DNA of 64,000 nt, from positions 8,278,483 through 8,342,482 of the forward strand of contig SMSO01000032.1 in NCBI GenBank assembly GCA_004764695.1. The letters run 5' to 3'. The notes beneath the pieces are model-generated. The model searched no databases. It was not told the origin of the DNA and saw only the letters and a list, made by a program, of their open reading frames with translations. Shown piece after piece: positions 34,096 through 47,800 of the stretch (its first letter is position 1; every line of letters begins with the position of its first letter). The DNA comes from Schizochytrium sp. TIO01. Lineage: Eukaryota > Protista > Bigyra: Labyrinthulomycetes. The translations under genes and the position numbers were made by a program.

Positions 34096-36205
34096 TCTTG
34101 AACAACAGAACTGATTATCAGAAGATAAAGTACCGTAGGCGCACGAGGTGAAGAAAAGCAATGAAATGAATGAATGCATTTCACCAAAGTCTTGCGAACC
34201 AGCGAAGGAGCAGAGGGCGCAGCGAATGTCGCAAGAGCGGCGGTGGTAGTGCTGTCACGCGGTACGAAGCCGCGGCCAACTCAGGGATGGCCGACCTCCG
34301 AGCACTCGACTCCAGTCTCGCGAAGGGATGCTTTCTTTTCTCCTGTAAGCTTCTTCTTCGCGAAAGCTTCTCGAGACCAAACAAAGGAACGAAGAAACAA
34401 AGAACTCAACAGATAGGCGCACAAAATCAAATTCTGTCCCTTGTTCGACAACGGGAACGACGCCTGTTATTCAGTGAGATGTAAGTCTCGTCAGAGCTGC
34501 GAAACCTTTCAAAGGCTTATTCTCTGTTTTGCTTAAGCCGCCTTCGGCTTTGATGCATCATAAGTCGCATACCCTCAGTTTTTACAAGAAAGAGAAAGAG
34601 AAAGAGAACTCGAAGAAACTTGACGCTTTCATAACTCATACGACTTTTCAAACAAATTTACAACTTTTATAACTTTGTTTTCCCTAGTTTTCTCCTAATT
34701 TCATTATATAAATTATCAAAAACTTGCTACATAAACTTTTTTCGAGGATGACTTACTATCAGTAGCAGAAGGAGCGCTCGTTTTACTCACGGTGCGCGCG
34801 CCTATTTTTGAAAGAGCGATTGGTGATGCTATGTGATTACTTCTGGATGAATGAACGAATATCCAGCAGATTGTACGTGAACTGGGTACTGAGACATTCT
34901 TTTAGTGGATCTTCTGAGGGAACGCTCGCGCTTTGTGTTCTCTAGAATAGTCGAGTCATCTCTTTCCGTGAGCACTGGCTGTCTTGTTGTGTTTTCAGAT
35001 ATCTCTAGAGTACTTTGGGAAAGACGGCAAGTAGTAGTATAATACTACTACTAAGGCTATTGTATCACTGGGTATCTTCTTTCTTTTCTAGTTCTTTTCT
35101 AGTTCTTTTCTGTTTTCTGTTTTGTTTTTGTTTTCTTCTCCCCCCCCCCCCTTTTTTTATTTCCATTTTTTAAAAACAAAAAAACAAAAAACAAAAAACA
35201 AAAAGCAAAAAACACAAAAAAACATCTTTCCTTTTTTTTCTTTCCTCATTTCTCTTCTGTTTTCTGTTTTCTGTGTTCTGTTTTTCTCTTCTTTGTCCGC
35301 GTCTTGAGTCTTTCTTTAGCTACAGCATGGTAAAGTATAATCAAGAGGATATTGGAATACTGATACATCAGGTACTGCACAAATACAGTGATTCACTACC
35401 TATAGATACTATACTTACCAGGACCTCCTTACCAATAGCAAGAACAAAGCCATGCATGTATACAGTACTATCTCCTATATAAAACGTGTTTTCAAAACAT
35501 AGTTAAGACAGTTAAGAAATTATTTTTTTATTTCTAGTCCAGCCATTCTCCATGTCTTTCATCAGAAGACCTGCCTATTTCTTCACCTTCTTTTCCTCGG
35601 GAACCAGGTGTACCTATAATGTACAAACAAAAAGAATCGAATGGCATATGCCCTCCACTGTGGGAGCTTCTTAGAGTAGACTCATAGTCTTAGTACCTAC
35701 TGAAGGGCACCCGCAAGGTGTCAAGTCTCGGAGGGACGATGGCGAAGTGACTGTGGTGAGTCTGGTGACGCAAGTGCACTCCTGATTTCCTTAAGAGCAT
35801 TCTTTAGTCGTCGTCCTTCTGAACTAGAAGGGTTTTCCAGTGATGTTGTTTCCAAAAAGCTGCTGATGGCGCATTATCCATACAAACTGTAATTGTGACA
35901 CTGTCGTCATGGGAGTGCCTGAGTTTGAGGAGGTAGGTACCTAGGCTAGCTAGGCACCAATTTGGTTGCGCTGGTTGCGATCAATCAGTATCCAAGTAAG
36001 GAAGATAGCAAGTAGTAGCTTATTTATTTGATCTGCTCTTTGGTGGACAATTAATTATCTGTTGGCATACGGAGCTTTAGAGACCTGTCTACGTCCGATG
36101 GACGGGAGCAAGGAAAAGAGCGTCCGTCCCCTAATGTACCTAGAGTGACTAGGTGTCATGCCCAAAGCTATTTCGCTTCTTCCAATCTATTGGTTAATTA
36201 GCATT

Positions 36206-36503
36206 GATTCATTTAGACACTCATCCACTTATTCACTCATCATTCGCTCAATGATTCATGCATTCATTCATTTAGACATTCATTCATTTAGACATCCATT
36301 CATTTCCTCACTCATCAATCCATTCATTCACTCAATGATTCATTCATCGATTCATTTAGAAACTCATCCACTTATTCACTCATCGATCCATTCATTCGCT
36401 CAATGATTCATGCATTCATTCATTTAGACATCCATTCATTTAGACATTCATTCATTTACTCACTCATCGATCCATCGATTCACTCAATGTTTCATTCATT
36501 CAC
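36206..36503. repeat. Higher-order repeat: two ~143-152-bp copies built from degenerate (TCAT) tetramers
   Basis: GATTCATTTAGAMACTCATCCACTTATTCACTCAT starts at 36206 and 36349; the downstream CATTCGCTCAATGATTCATGCATTCATTCATTTAGACA is also shared. Confidence 0.85.
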
Positions 36504-38525
36504 ATTCATTCATCGATCTATTCATTAATTTATCTAACCGTCTTGGGCACCAAAAGTGACCTGGCCCCAATCTTGAAGATACAACGTGCAGAAGAAGACG
36601 CTGCTATAACATAGTCTGCCCTGGCATATCGCCTCTAAGAATCAAAAGCCATGATGTTGGTACCTGCCTCGTCAAATGTTCAATTCAAGAATAAACCCGC
36701 GAATGCATTCTCTGTCGTCGATTTCTGGCTCGAGCCAGGATGTCTGTTTGAGTTTTCCAAGGTTGTTGGAGAAGCCAAAGTCAACCGCGGTGCTTTCGCC
36801 GTTCTCTACGATCCGGCGCCTCTCCCTTACATCTTTCTGGTGTGCCTTGGCTTTCTGTATGCGTGCAGTACGTGAGGTTCACCTTTCTGTTTGCGTGCCT
36901 CTCCACGGTGCATGTGCCTTTCAAGCAGTGCCGTCGTCGTCAGTCATTTTTGCGCTCTTATCACGTGTCCACTGACTCACTTCATTGGATGATTGATGAC
37001 TTTATTTTGTTGTGCATTCCCTCTTGATCCTACCCTTCTCTCTCGCGCGCGCACGTCCGACTCAGCAGACGGCCTCAGAAGTGGTCGGGAAGCAGTCGGC
37101 CTCGCCCGAAGGTCCTCGTTCTTGGCCCGGCAGGGAAGAAGTACAGCAGTATATTACGCTCCTTCAGAGAAACGCGTCGAACCAACTTACTAAGTAAGTA
37201 AGTCTGCTCCACTTACCCGTTTCTTGTCAGCTTTTAGTTTCATTCTTTCCAAACTAGTTCCTTGCCGAGTGTATTATATAAGTTACATTTGTATTTAACT
37301 AAAGTTTATTTTCTAACTTTCTAAAGAAGGATAAAAGAAGAAGGGTGTTTCAGTTGGGTATAAAACGTATATTAGAAGTATTGTTTTTTCAGGAGAGACG
37401 CGAAAAGTTAAGACGAGATAAGTTCATAGAGTAGGCCCACGTAGCAGGTACCGACTATGGATATTTTAGACATGGTTTTTAATTTACTTTATTTTAAGTG
37501 CAAAAAGAAAGCAGAAATGACATTATACAGAGGGAAAGCGCGTTGCGCATATTATATTTTGGAAACGAAAAATAATTGAATCTTGCTCAAGAAATATACT
37601 TGGAGAAATTGCGAACCTCCTTTTCAACTATCGAGGCCCGTACGCTGAAGAAGAAGAAGTGAAAACAAAAAGGGGATACATACAAAGGTTGCATTGTCGA
37701 TTGTTTCTATATCTAGAGACTTGAATTGATATCCTCCCTCATGCGTTCAAATTAGTGGTTGCTTGCCACTCCATTTTCAGCCGTTAAAAAAAAATAAAAA
37801 TATAATCAACATTTGCATAGCAATATAAGTGATATAGAATTACAAACACAACACTCTTAGAAGGTACCGAGGCGATTTCTAAATGCATGGTAATGAAATA
37901 ATAACACATCTGGCAGAAGAAAAAAGGATTTCTGCTACAAACCAAAGGAGCAATGGGAAATGGAATAGATTATGCAAAGAAAAGAAAACGCGACGCGAAG
38001 TGAAAGCTACGAACCTTCAGTACTTACGTAGTTTCTTGCTGACAATTCGTGCTTGCAGACGCCTTTCTCGCAAGCTTTTGCGGCTGCTTTCTTGCATTAA
38101 AGCAGCCTGTTGGCATCCCAGCGTCAGCGACAAAGTTCGCAGAACTCGTGGCAAATTAGTCAGTCAGTTAGTGAAGGCACTTATGCAGGTGCACGGACCC
38201 TCCCTCCGTCTGATTCACTTTGGCATAGCTGAAAGAAAGAAAGAAAAAATCGAGGATTGGTTTCTGCGCGCAATCAAAGCCATGAATGCATCGCCGGAAT
38301 ACCCGGGGAGGTGCAAAAGCGGAGCCGTGATCCGACAATCTATGGTGAGATCGCGTGTGACTGAAGCCCGATCAGAGGCGACGCGTGTCTCCCGCGAGGA
38401 GAATAACAACAACCAACCCACTTATAATAAGTAGGCGACGCCCTGGTGAGCGCTCGAGGCCTGAAGCGTTTGTTTGACACCACAGCCGAAGTTGCAAAGC
38501 TCGCCTCGATCGAGTCGCACGTGTT

Positions 38526-38720
38526 GTTTGATTGTTTGATTGTTTGATTATTTGATTATTTGATTGTTTGATTGTTTGATTGTTTGATTGTTTGATTGTT
38601 TGATTGTTTGATTGTTTGATTGTTTGATTGTTTGATTATTTGATTGCTTGATTGTTTGATTAATTGATTGTTCGATTAATTGATTGTTTGATTGTTTGAT
38701 TATTTGATTGTTTGATTGTT
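38526..38720. repeat. 8-bp tandem repeat (TTTGATTG)n with variants
   Basis: Direct read, ~24 units. Confidence 0.92.
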
Positions 38721-39225
38721 TGGTTGTCTGTTTGATTCATTGTTTGCATGCTGTTGTTGATTGGGCGCAGCTGCAGCAGCTTCAGCAGAAGTGTGGGCGT
38801 AGGTTGGTACCTTACCTACCTACCCACGCATTGCATATGAAAGTTATTGCGATGGACAAACAAACCAATGAATAAACTTATCCATTCATCCATGCATGCA
38901 TGTAATACATAGAAAGTGGGCAGTCCAGGCCAGACTAGAGCCTAGGAGCCCGTTCTAGCACGGGTGGAGGAAGTTGGCTTTGGCTTCAAAATTTCGTGTC
39001 GAAGCTGCTGTTTTGGAGCTCAGATAGGGGCTGCCTGAGATCTGAGCGCGACTGACTGGCAGGCCAGAGACTGAAATTTCGAAGTAAGGTGGTACCAAGT
39101 CGGCGGTGCCAGGTAGGCTGCATGCCCAAGAAGTACCTTTTCTGCTAAGATCGTTGTGCTGCACTGGTGGCTGGCAAAGAAAGAAAGAAAAAACAAACAA
39201 AACAAACAGTCAAACAAACAGATGC

Positions 39226-39226
<1 letters not shown>

Positions 39227-39305
<79 letters not shown>

Positions 39306-39316
39306 TGATAGATAGA
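39227..39316. repeat. (GATA)19+ microsatellite
   Basis: Direct read. Confidence 0.95.
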
Positions 39317-40536
39317 CAAATAAATCGATGGATACATCAATACATATCCATGGCCAACGAGAACTCTGTGCGCGGTTTCTCATGTCCAGGAGAGAGAGAA
39401 AGAGACGGTCATAGCCGTCATATTGCCTACCATGCTGACGGTTGGGGTCCCGCTCTTGAAGATCTCCAGAATGAGAAAAAAGCGAGCGTCAAAATGGTGC
39501 TCTAAAAAACTAAAGCCACGACAACCCCCGAGAACGCCCACTTTGGTAACTCATTGGACCTGGCGTTTTGCATTCCTTCTAAAGAGGAGGCGGGGACTAG
39601 CTAGGAACAAATGTGGGCTTTTTGAGACCATCGCCATGCATGCCTGTCTCCTGAGCGTCTGTCTGCGCTGAGGTCCTTGATTCCCTCATTTGCTCGCAGC
39701 CGTCGAGTATGCCTGCATCCCGTTGCGAAGGTGGACCTGAGGAGAAAGAAACCTCGAGAGCCTGGAGTTTGGAGATCGAAGAAGCAGGTTAAGATTCTGA
39801 GTTCGTGAGAATTGAGATGTTCCGGAGGATTGAACTATGGGTGGGCGGATGGATGGCTATAGCGAATACGCTAAAAGCTGTCTGTGCCTGCTATGTCTGG
39901 CGAGCAGTCATTGAGTAACTCCTGCGAAGGAGAAGTGTGGTGGCCGCGCAGTTCAAATCGCCTGGCTCAGGGTAGGAATCGTGGCGGTAGCAGATGAGAC
40001 AGCGCGCCAAGTCCTGAGTCACTCAGACCGGGCTCACACCTCTCGTTCATGAAAGGTGCATATTTTAAGTATCGCATCATTTTTACTTCAACCTGTTGAC
40101 TTGCTCGATGGTGATGCGGAGGACATCTTAGGACCCGCTCTTACGCTTTAGCTATAATTTGCTATAATGTTTAAAATTTTATTCTAATGCTATTTAAAAA
40201 GTACATTCCTGTTTCTCTATTAGTCAAGTTCTGTTTGTTTGTTTCTATGTTTGGCATCAGAACTGGAGGTGATGCTTTATGAAATTAAAAGACAGTTGTG
40301 CTAACAGCTTTATGAGCGGTTGAAATCTGTTTTCATTCAAGGGAGGTCCTAGATTAAATTAAAAGTGCCACCTACGTTCACTAGAGATTAGGGATGGCTC
40401 ATTCGTCGCTCAAAAACTTGCCTGCACTGGTGCACTCCAGGCTCGCCGACCAGGAACGAAAGCGTGCTGGACACGTCTCGGGCTAAAGGCTGCATACTTT
40501 CATGGTGATGTATTCGCTTGACACATCCCTTTTAAA

Positions 40537-40582
40537 AGCAAGCAAGCAAGCTAGCAAGCAAGCAAGCAAGCAAGCTAGCAAG
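40537..40582. repeat. (GCAA)n microsatellite with GCTA interruptions
   Basis: Direct read. Confidence 0.9.
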
Positions 40583-41486
40583 GCGGAAGAATATTGAGGT
40601 ACTTACTTTGAAGGTACTTAGTACTGTTTACTTTCTTTCTTTCCTTCTTTCTTTCTTTCTCACTTCCTTACTTTCTTCCTTAGCTATAGCTAGCTAGTCT
40701 ACTGAAAAGACTGAAAAGGAGCTTGTTCCCATTCCTTCTTTCCCACCAACTAACTACAGAAGTAAGTAAGTAATTAGAGAAAGAAACTGAAGAACGCAAG
40801 GGAGGTTTTGCTTGCAGTGGTGGCCGTTCCAAAAGACCTTCTTCTTCTCGTTCTTCGAGGCTGTTCTTGTTCTGTTTCCACCCGTGTTTCTTCCCACCGC
40901 CTCACTGTGTCCATCTTTTGTGGAAAACTTGCGCGGACTTGCAAAAAGATAGTTATAGCTCTATTTCAGAGGGCTCAGATCTCGTTCTACAGCAATCATC
41001 ATGCACATGCAGTGGGTAAATAGGGCACCCTGTCCGCAAGCCCAGCCATCCCGAGCAAGCTCCATCAGCGCTCGTGAAGTTTCGCTCGGCTCGTTTATTT
41101 AACCGATCAAGCCGTTCAGAATTAGGTCTTCATGCTGACGTTTGTTGCTTCACTTGTTTCTGATCGTTATTATCTATTTATTCATTTGCTTATTTATTCA
41201 TTTGCTTATTTATTTATTTTTATTCATTTGCTTATTTATCTACCTATCTATTTACATTGTGTTGTTTGTTTGGTTTGTTTCGAAAAACTTGAAGGCCCGC
41301 TCTCCAACCAAGAGTTCAATCTAATGGCGTCAAAGCATCGGCTGACCAAGTTGCTGATTTTGCAAATTTCATAAATAGCTGGCTGGCTGACTGACTTGCT
41401 GACTGACTTGCTGGGCTGCTTTCTAGCTTACTAAAAAAGAAAACACGCGTGCACAAAGATGAGAAAATGAATGTATAAATGAATAT

Positions 41487-41538
41487 GAATGAATGAATGA
41501 ATGAATGAATGAATGAATGAATGAATGAATGAATGAAT
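41487..41538. repeat. (GAAT)13 microsatellite
   Basis: Direct read. Confidence 0.95.
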
Positions 41539-41985
41539 GGGACATTGCCGCGACCTCACAACAGCAACGGAAAATCTCAGACTCTGAGCACCCACATGAA
41601 CGACAGCAAGCCAGGCAGCTAGCCAGCCATTTATCCACACGAAAAAGCTCAGCAACACGGGTAGGTGGGAATGGAGAGGTGCGCGAAACGGCAACTGAGA
41701 AGACAAACAAACACACACAGGGGAAAGAAGCAAAATCGAGCCAATTGTCAATCAATCAATCAATCTAAGAAGGCGCTCGATGATCTCGACTGGCTGATTG
41801 ACACTACTCCAGTAGTAGTACTCGGATAGCAGTTCTCTAGTAGTAGAAGCGTAGCTGACTAGCGAGTGCTCACGCGTGCCTTGCCGTGAGGGGTCCATAG
41901 CCTCGATGGCGCAAAAACGTACACGAGAATGCCGAACAAATATGACACCACTCGCTTGCTCGCTTTCTTTTGAGTTGCTTGCTTT

Positions 41986-42051
41986 AGGTTGCTTGCTTTA
42001 GTTAAGCTTTAGCTTGAGGTTGCTTGCTTTAGTTAAGCTTTAGCTTGAGGT
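41986..42051. repeat. Perfect 31-bp tandem duplication AGGTTGCTTGCTTTAGTTAAGCTTTAGCTTG x2
   Basis: Copies at 41986-42016 and 42017-42047. Confidence 0.93.
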
Positions 42052-44798
42052 GCGAAAGAAGTCCAGGCATAAGAGAGGTACTATGAATGCTCTATATATT
42101 TATAAATGAGTTCGTCAACGCCACACCAACCTTGCTAGCGATGGGAACATTGCAACAGCCTGGCGCAAGGCAAGAGAAAGAACTGGAAATCCTGGCTTTG
42201 GTTTATGGAGCTGGTTGAAGAGTTTGAGTGAAGAACATAAAACAGGCTTTGACACTGAGGTCGAGCGAAAGGTTAGTACCTAAGGTAAGTATGCATGCAT
42301 GCATGCATGCATGCTCGGTTTCAAAAAAGTTCTCACCGGATGAGGTTTTAGTAGCTATGCCTGTTGAACGATAATCACAGGTGTGAGAGCGGTGGTAATA
42401 GTGGACATGCACTACTAACGATGGGTTGATGGATGGATGGATGGATGGACGGAGGATCTATTAAATTGAAAGCAGATTGAAGGATCGATTGACAGATCGG
42501 CAGACGAATTGAATTACTCGTCTCGTCTTAAGTCAGAGCTGTGGGATGTCACCATTCCCATCTTGAGGTTCTGCGCACGAACATCTTGTTCCACAAGAAA
42601 CTAATGCAAGACATGCATGGCAGCGGTATTTAGCAAGCAGCGATGCAATACTTGCCGCAGCTCATGGGAATTTTTTCGTATCGCTTTCTCCAGGGTTCTC
42701 AAAAGTCATCGATCCCTAATTTGCCTTCCACAGAACAACGCAACGCACTTCCTCCCTTCACTCACTCAATTCCAATCTCCGCACTAGCACTGAGAGAGAG
42801 GGAGAGTGGCTAGGAAGAACTTATGCTCTCCTATGTACCCACCTCAACTGCACCCTCAGCATATCCTACTGCTTTCCCGTTTCTGAAGATGAAACATACA
42901 ACGATGTAGTTCGAAAGCAACCCCCTCAAGAACTAAAGCGCTTCAAGACTTTAATACGTACAACCACCGTGATGCGCCCAGCTGCAGCTCGTATCAGCAT
43001 CTGTGAGATCGGCTCTGCGAAGCACAATTAAGAAAGAGAGAGTCCTAATGACCCGTAGCGATGGCCTGCGCTTTCAAACGAACAAAGTGAGTTAGTTTTC
43101 CACGAAATCTAGCTATTTCACAAGCAAACTTAGTGGCCAATCAATCTCTCTCGCCATCAGCATTCACGGTCTCGGCTCGAGAAGAGTCGGAAAGACCAAA
43201 CAAAAGTGAGGATACAGTACGATTGGAGCATGCAAAGAGGTACTAGAAAAATGATGGGTGCGACCAAACCAGCCATGCATCTTTCCTTGCTGACCAACAG
43301 TGAGTGCTTCGGCATTTCCGAAAACGTTAACTCGTCCTTCAAGATGATAACGACACTGGCGATGGGATTTCCCTCATTGCTCATACTACCTACTACCGAC
43401 TGCTGCTACTTCGTATCACGCCATAGAACATGTTTGTATGAATGACGAATGATGTTTTCCTCTTTGAAAGTAAATAAAACGGGCCAGGCAATGAAACGAA
43501 GAAAAGAATGGGAACATTCGCACGAAAGAAGACGATGGAGACGACGAAGAAGGCTCTCTTTCTACTAACACTCGAATTTAAAAAAAAAAAGAGAAAAACA
43601 TTTGAAGGGGGAAGAAGAAAAGGAATTGAGCTCAGCTCGCGACCAAATTCTCGAGGCTCCTCGCAATTGAGCAGAACGAAGCAACCAAAGCCTGGACAGC
43701 TGAAGTAGACGTCGTCAGGGCTGAGGTCGTCGGGATTGGGCGGGTATTTGGTAACGACGAAGACACCTTCATGAGGACAGACATTCCGTGGAGATTATCA
43801 TCATCGTTTGCAGAGGGTGCGGTGAGAGATATCAATTTCATTTGCGAGTCTTGAGCCTTTCTGGTTTATTCATTCATTAACACCATAATAAATACTATCG
43901 TCACTTTTAGTTTTCCCTTCATTTTCGCATTTTAAAATAAGTTTATCTTTCTTATATTATCGTTCATTCGACATATGCTAAGAAACAATAACATTATTCT
44001 TGAAAATTGTTTATTTATTTATCGAAATAATAAAATTATTGGAAAGCAAACTTGCTTGCAAAGTAAGTAAAATAGTTTATAAAGATGAATCAGTGAGCCT
44101 TGAAACATGATTTCTTGAAACGAGTTCATGCTCATATTATCAAAATTTAGAAAGTAGACTGCGAGAACTTAAAGTTAACAGTAGAGCCTTAGGGAGAGAA
44201 AAACATGGCACAGGCATTTGGGAAAGTAACCCTGCATTACCAGACTCTGATAAAGGCCTACTTTTAACTTTTTTTTTAACTTTTTTTTTTAATATATACT
44301 TTTTTTGTTTTATAACCAAGAATAAGAGAAAAAGAAAAGAAAGACGAGTAGATCCAAACAGACTGTGCCTAGCCAGGTATATCGCGGGGAAAAGGGAGCT
44401 AGCTAGCTAGCTTCTGGACTCCTACTGTTTGACCACCATCAGGCCTATTGGGTCCTTTTAGAAACTGATAAGACCAGATTTTTTTTTTTTTAAATGAAAA
44501 GGAAAGTAGTTGCAAGGGGCCAGGAAACCTAAACAGCCGAGCGAACTCACTGAAGAAAGTGCGCTTCGCGTTCCCTCATGTCTTTCTGCCGAGCAAAAAT
44601 CGAGGTATCCTTGGTGTTGAAGTTGGTCTTTCTTGAACGTTGAATGGTCCAATGGATATGATCAGGCCAGCCGGAGATATCTTTGAGCGAAGGCTTTCTC
44701 GTTCATTTGCAGATGGACAGATGGATGCATGCATATATTCATGTGCATCGTCAACGCCGCAGAGAATGAGCGAGTTGACATCAACTAATCAGTTAATT

Positions 44799-44799
44799 G

Positions 44800-44830
<31 letters not shown>

Positions 44831-44870
44831 TATTCTCTCATTCATTTATTCATTCATTTATTCATTCATT
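44799..44870. repeat. (CAAT)n + degenerate (ATTC/ATTT)n compound microsatellite
   Basis: Direct read. Confidence 0.85.
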
Positions 44871-47800
44871 CCTCATTCATTTCTCAGGCTTCCCAGTCTT
44901 AGCTCGTTGAAACAAAAAGTCCACGGCGAAACTTCGCGGGCAAAGACGCCCTCGAAATCAAGCCTCAGGCAATCCTCAAAATCAAATCGTCTTATAAACT
45001 TGCTCGAGGTATTCAATCGTCCACCCATCGAATGCTATTCAAAGCTGTTATTGATGAGGCCACTGCGGCAGTCTCTTTGCATGAATCGGAACTCAAATCA
45101 AATCTATGGATGGAAAGCAAAAGGTTGTAAGAGGGATCAAAAGAGGGAAAGAGCATGCGAAGCACCACTCAACGCCAATATTAAAATCACCGAGGAGCTG
45201 AAGACACGGCGTGAGCAAGTAAGGACTTACGAGAACAGTAACATTAAAAGAAAATAAAAGAAAATGGAGCATAAAATTGTTTTTCTGTTTTTTGGTCGAT
45301 TTAGTTTATTTTTAATTGTAATTGAATAATTGAATGGAAGAACTGGAAATGCCAAGTTTGGACTCTATGTTATGTCTTTCGTTCTTTGCTTTTTTTTAGT
45401 TCTTTCTTTCCTACTGCTTCCATGGTTTCATTCAAGCTTCTTCCAAATCACTCTCTCTTTTCTTTCTTCTTTTCTCTTAGATGACATTCACACTCACACG
45501 TTTTCTCACTAAAATACTCACTCACTCACTCACTCATTCACTTACTCTCTCTCTCTCTCTCTCACTCTCTTACTTTATTCTCGCTTGTTGGGCGAAATGA
45601 AAGAAAGAATTGTTGAAAAGTATTCTATGAGTTTATGCTAGCTTTTCAAGATTTCATTTCACGTTTCTCCCAGATATTTAATCCGGCTCAGTTTTTTATA
45701 GCTGCACAAATGAACTCGAAAGTGTCTCTGCAAATCGAATGAAGAAAAAAAAAAGAAAGGTGCCTCTACTTCTCTCTGATGGAGCAGAATGAAATAAAGA
45801 TTATGGCCATGCCAGCTCCAAGCTGTATTAAGAAAAAGTCTGGTTAATTGGAATATTGCGTCGCGAACCTTAGCCCCTCGTGTTCGTCTTATTGTTCATC
45901 ATAATATTTTCAATATCATAAAGAATTGCCCAGGTGACCTCCACTCGTAATACTCATTGCTTAAATAATGATCATACTGCCATGTAAGTAGAGAAGTGCT
46001 AGGTAAGAGATAGATACGTACCTGCACTTTGAGAAATATTACATATACAAATATAATTATATTAAATATATTTACTTTAAGAAAATTAAAAATATAGGTT
46101 TCACATAACTCCTCAGGAATATATACAATATAGTATAATGTTTTTTTTTGTTGTTGTTTTTAATAAAAAGAAGATTCAATAGTATCTTTAAAGAGCTTAC
46201 TCGTAGCTGTAGTTGTAAGAAGAATTATTAACCATCTACTCTTCTTAAGCTATATATGATTTCTTTTAAATATCTCTCCTTAAGTCAACCCTGCAAGTTA
46301 AGCCCTAGACCTGCATGAAAGTTCCGGGGCTTAAGGCAAAATGTGCATCAGATGATAGCAAAGTCACCGAGTCGGCAAGAGTTTGTTCGTTCTCTCGATC
46401 CAGGCTCTATTTTTGGGGTCTCCAGAAATGTTTTCTCTGTCAAGCACTAAAAAACAATAGAGAAAAAACATCTTGCTACAAATTAATCAAACTGTTGGAG
46501 GCTAAGGCCTCCTGTGAACCATGAAGGTATATTATGAAGAGAAAGAAAAGGAAGAGAGGAAAGGAAATGAAAATAGCAAGTAAATGCAGCCAGAAAGCAT
46601 AGTAGGGGGGGTCTTCAGTAGTGGCCAAACAAAGCAAGAACAACGAAAAGGAAATGGCCGACTGACTGATCGGCTGACTTATTCGTTGGTTGGAGACAGA
46701 CAAGAGAGGCTATACGGTAAAGATTGATCTGAGGGAAGGAGAGAATTTCGTTGATCATCTGAATTAAATGTAGAGGGTTTTAATAAAATAAACAAAACGA
46801 AATAAAAAACACTGCATTTCATCTTGCTTTATTTTATGTTATTATTTATTGAAAGGAAAAATGAATAGGCACATTTCACCCGATGATTTGCACGTATTTG
46901 CACGTATTTATCACTTTTAAAAAGTTTGAAAATGTTTCTTTAATTTTTATTTTAAAATATTTAAAGATTATAGGAAGATAGGTACCTGGTAATTCTGAAA
47001 ATTAGTAATGAAAAGAGAAACTAAGATGTTACAAAAACTCGAAAGCTATATTCCAATTTGGGATTTAATAAATTTGTCTTTATAAACATAATTTGTTTTT
47101 TAATGTTTGAAGAAAAAGAAAAAGAAAAAGAAAGGGCCTTGCGCTGTCTCAGAAGCGAGCGATGGCATACATCAATTCCACAAGAACCGAGACTGAGGCC
47201 GCACAAGGCTCAAAGCCTCGATCGGTCACCGCCGGGCCCTCGCGCAGCTTTGACGCGAGGTGGCGACGGGCATTTGATCAAATCAATCGACCGCAATCAG
47301 CTAACCCAGGTGATCAATACTTGGGTCAGCAAAGTCAAAAAGGAACCCAGAGGCTGGGGCAGCTTGTTCTCGAATTGACTGAGAGATCAGGCAATTCGTC
47401 GAGCAATCACTTAATCACTCATCCAAACAACCTCCGCTGACGAGAACAATTTGTGGCATTCTTTGAGCATCCGCTTGCAAAGTCTGCCCCCAAATCTCTT
47501 GCCAGCTACAAATCGGCTGGCAGACACGAACGTCACAGCTTAGCGGCAATTAAGAAACTCCAAACCCCTATCCAAATACTCACAAGCGAGAAAGCAAACA
47601 AAATCAAATCAGCAACTGATCAGGCGCCATCTCGCATTGAGTCGAGATATGAGGATAGCTGGAGGCGTAATTTGTACATCAATTCGCAGTCCACTAATCA
47701 TCAAAAAGCATTCTTCGGCGTTCTTCGTGTCGCCAAAACACAAATCACACAAAGCATCTGAGAACATCCAGATCTAAAACTCATCAACCTTCGCAGGAAT

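Noticed and set aside
35411-35425. ATACTTACCAGG, similar to the U1 snRNA 5' end
   Set aside because: Downstream sequence lacks all other U1 elements.
33951-38720. Tandem arrays as possible CRISPR
   Set aside because: No unique spacers and no cas genes; eukaryotic context.
39936-39975. GTTCAAATC T-loop-like motif
   Set aside because: No cloverleaf (no D arm or anticodon arm at the correct spacing); not a tRNA.
21093-44070. Multiple GTAAGT donor-like hexamers in the desert as proof of alternative first exons
   Set aside because: They occur on both strands at roughly chance frequency, and several belong to (GTAA)/(TTAC) microsatellites; not evidence by themselves.
24913-45257. ORFs such as 24913-25266, 30721-31209, 33612-34151, 39020-39340, 44640-45257
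   Set aside because: Kept open by stop-free microsatellites (FVCL, SINQ, FHCFIVSL, LSIY repeats); no coding signal.
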